Assembly (NCBI GenBank): GCA_013265495.1
Contig: MU063896.1
Coordinates: forward strand, 15,805,423-15,869,139
From: Vicugna vicugna
Lineage: Eukaryota
Length of the DNA: 63,717 bases
Direction: 5' to 3'
The position numbers were made by a program, and so were the translations under genes. The notes below the pieces were generated by a model, which made no database searches, was not told where the DNA came from, and worked only from the letters and a program-made list of their open reading frames with translations. The stretch's first letter is position 1. Every line of letters starts with the position of its first letter. Positions 60,929-63,717 of the stretch are shown one piece after another.

Positions 60929-62219
60929 TTAGGAAACAGTGATGATTAGGTGGAAAAGAATAGGATGAATAAGCAAGGACTATAAGATAATGCAAAAAGA
61001 GCTAAGGAAATAATTAATGAAATTATAGAAAATAGAACTGCAAAGGGATCTTAAAATAGACATGGTCTATTTTTTACCTACACCTTTCCCCTTTCATAAA
61101 AGCTAAGTTTGAACCTGTCAGAGTAGAGAAGGAGTTCAGGAAGGTGAAACTCAAATATTAGTCACTGGCTTCAGCAGTACAGAAATGGCTGGAGGCCTTG
61201 ATGTGAAGTGATTTGTGTGAAGCAGAGAGATCCAAAAACAGATTACAGCAGTTCAAACGCAGAATTTTGTATTGAGCAAATTTCAACTTTAGTTGACCCT
61301 CCTTCAACAGTTTTCTCACTTTGGACTTTTTCTTGGAAAAGGGCTTTTACCTCTGGCAATGAGAAATTTGGTATGTGAAAGCAAGGCAAAGTTAACTGCC
61401 GACAAGCCCCTTATACCCTTGGTGGTTCTGATTTTCCTTTTTGGTCAAGAGAGCTATAGGTCATCATTTTTGTTGGATTTCTCCTACTGATGTTGACTTT
61501 AATGTTGTTGTTGTTGAATGAGAGGCAATGTGTAAGGCATTTTGACAATTTTCTATTATACAGGGTGGAGGCAGGAAGCCTGGCTTCAGTGTCCCTGAGG
61601 TTAGTCTGGAAAGCATATGTGTTCATGTGCACAGTCAATATCTAAGGCAAAACATTGCAAGTTTGCATGTTATCATAGTTAGAGATGCAAACTTGGATTA
61701 CTTTACTTACAATCCGTAGGGAGATTCAGAATTAAATGCAGAGGTTAACTGTTTCTGTTTTTTTGTTTTTTTGGTTTTTTTTTTGCTTTGCTAGAAAAAC
61801 TTTGGCCATACATGTTTAAAATGCCAGTCTAAAAAGATGTCTCTTTTCAAATTGAATATCTACAATAAATAAGTTAAATATCCCCAGTTGTTTCAAATTT
61901 TCTTTAATGCATGTTGCAAAAGAGAATTGCTTTTGATGGGGAAAATGCAAATTTTATTGGCCTTTAAGGTTGGTATCAAAATGTTAGGAAAACTCCATTT
62001 CATTATTATTATTCAGAATATGTCTCCAAGGGGAGCATTTCATGAATCAAGATACATAAAGGAAGTGTCATTGAGTTTCTTTAAACTTAATAGTCAAAAG
62101 AAGAAGTGTTAATATTTTGAAGTAGAGATCAATGAAATGCAATGTCATAACGGCAGGTTTCCTTTTGATATTTCAATGAAAAATAGCTTAATAGCCTTCC
62201 TCTCTAGGAGGATTAAATT

Positions 62220-63391
62220 AAAAATGGAAAAGACTGGCTTTCATTAAAATTAAAAACTTCTACTCTGTGAAAGACAATGCCAAGAAAATGAGAAGATAAA
62301 TCACAGACTTTGAGAAAATATTTGTGAAAGACACTTCTGATAAAGTATTGTTATCCAGAGTATACGAAGAATTCTTACAGCCCCACAGTAAGAAGACAAA
62401 CAGCCTGATTAGGAAGTGGGCCAAAGACCTCAACAGACACCTCACCAAGAAAGATACCCAGATGGTAAATAGGAATACAAAAAGATGCTCTGCATCATAC
62501 ATCATCAGGGGAATGCAAATTAAAACAATAATGAGATACCTGTACATACCTATTAGAAGAGCCAAAATCCAAAACACTGGTAACAGCAAATGCTAGTGAG
62601 GATGTGAAACAGCAGGAACTCTAATTCATTGCTGGTGAGAATGCAAAATGGTGTTGGCCACGTTGGAAGACAGATTGACAGTTTCTTGCAAAACTAAACA
62701 TATTCTTACTGCGCAATCCAGCAATCACACTTCTTAGTATTTACCCAAAAGACCTGAAGACTTATGCCCACACAAAAGCCTGCAAAGGGGTGTTCATAGT
62801 GGCTGTGTTAATAACTGCCANNNNNNNNNNNNNNNNNNNNNNNNNNNNNNNNNNNNNNNNNNNNNNNNNNNNNNNNNNNNNNNNNNNNNNNNNNNNNNNN
62901 NNNNNNNNNNNNNNNNNNNNNNNNNNNNNNNNNNNNNNNNNNNNNNNNNNNNNNNNNNNNNNNNNNNNNNNNNNNNNNNAGCCAATTTCAAGAGGCTACA
63001 TACTGTGTGATTCCAACTACAAGACCTTCTGGAAAAAGCACAATTTTGAAGACAAGAAAAAGATCAATAATTGCCAAGGGTTGGTGGGGGTGAAGAGGGA
63101 TGAACAGATGAACACAAGATTTTTTAGACAGTGAAAATACTCTGTAAGATACTACGGTGCTGGATACATGTCATTATACATTTGCCCAAATCTATAGAAT
63201 GGACAACAACAAGAGTGAACCGTAAGGTAAACTGTGGACTTGGTGACTATGATGTGTCAGTGTAGGTTCATCAGTTGTAGCAAGTGTACCAGTCTGCGGG
63301 GGGCTGTGCCTGTGTGGCTTCAGAGATATAAGAAATCTCTGTTTTTCCTCTCAATTTTGTAGTGAACCTAGAACTGCTCTAAAAAATAAAA
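62220..63391 (+). mobile_element. L1MC1-like LINE, ORF2 C-terminal region and 3' UTR
   Basis: ORF 62324-62596 (SDKVLLSRVYEE...KWAKDLNRHLTK...MQIKTIMRY) resembles the L1 ORF2p C-terminus; 3' UTR ends gtgaacctagaactgctctaaaaaataaa. Confidence 0.92.
62821..62979. other. Assembly gap (159 N)
   Basis: N-run read directly. Confidence 0.99.
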
Positions 63392-63717
63392 GCTTAATTT
63401 TTTAAAGTTCTGGGGGGAAGCGATATAAAGAAATTAGAATTCTTGACTTTCTATATCTTGCACTGTTTCTTGGAATTAATAAATTAGGAAAATATGGAAT
63501 AGAGGTAGAGAATCAAATACAACTGAAATTCAGAGTTAGAGAAATTATGTCCACATTCCAGATAGTACTCAATATACCTAGCACATGGCACTGTGTCACC
63601 CCTTGTTTTGTCAGAAGTTCCAGACATAGTATTTTGTAGATATAGTTCCAACCTTATAATGGAAATGGATTTTTAAAAGTTAGATTTATTTTTTAACCTT
63701 TTTTTTTTAAACTGCAC

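Larger units (their letters stand above)
1436..63717 (+). other. Largely intronic region of the + strand host gene; no recognisable coding exon
   Basis: Donor at 1436, no recognisable protein homology in any ORF, repeat-rich, identified LTRs all antisense to the + strand. Confidence 0.6.

Noticed and set aside
62324-62596. ORF as a host protein-coding gene
   Set aside because: It is a decayed L1 ORF2p C-terminal fragment within L1MC1
1-63717. Prokaryotic or viral systems (CRISPR array, operon, defence island, intact provirus)
   Set aside because: No regularly spaced repeat-spacer array, no dense ORF packing and no gag/pol/env frames; composition and repeats are eutherian

Overview
This is mammalian nuclear DNA, most likely from a camelid (alpaca, llama, vicuna or camel), because it holds three copies of a tRNA-derived SINE matching the camelid vic-1 family. 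The window opens with a CpG-island promoter (about 770-2150) and a probable non-coding first exon on the + strand ending at a strong donor (CAG|GTAGGT, 1435/1436). The remaining ~62 kb behaves like intronic sequence of that gene. I recognise no protein-coding exon and cannot name the host gene. Much of the intron is old transposable-element debris (L2, MIR, L1M, MaLR/ERVL LTRs, hAT DNA transposons), plus a few young insertions with target-site duplications (vic-1 SINEs, truncated L1 3' ends) and a well-preserved 688-bp solo LTR. Two N-runs lie inside repeats. Among the listed ORFs only L1 remnants are recognisable; the long ORFs in the CpG island look like GC-composition artefacts. I found no prokaryotic-type system (CRISPR, operon, phage) and no convincing new biological system. 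The best leads are regulatory or splicing hypotheses: back-to-back splice donors at the promoter, a recursive-splicing-like first junction, a textbook 145-nt candidate exon, several candidate internal promoters, three NRF2/Maf-type elements, a perfect RFX X-box and the young solo LTR. Repeat subfamily names come from my recollection of consensus sequences, and repeat boundaries are approximate unless a TSD is quoted.
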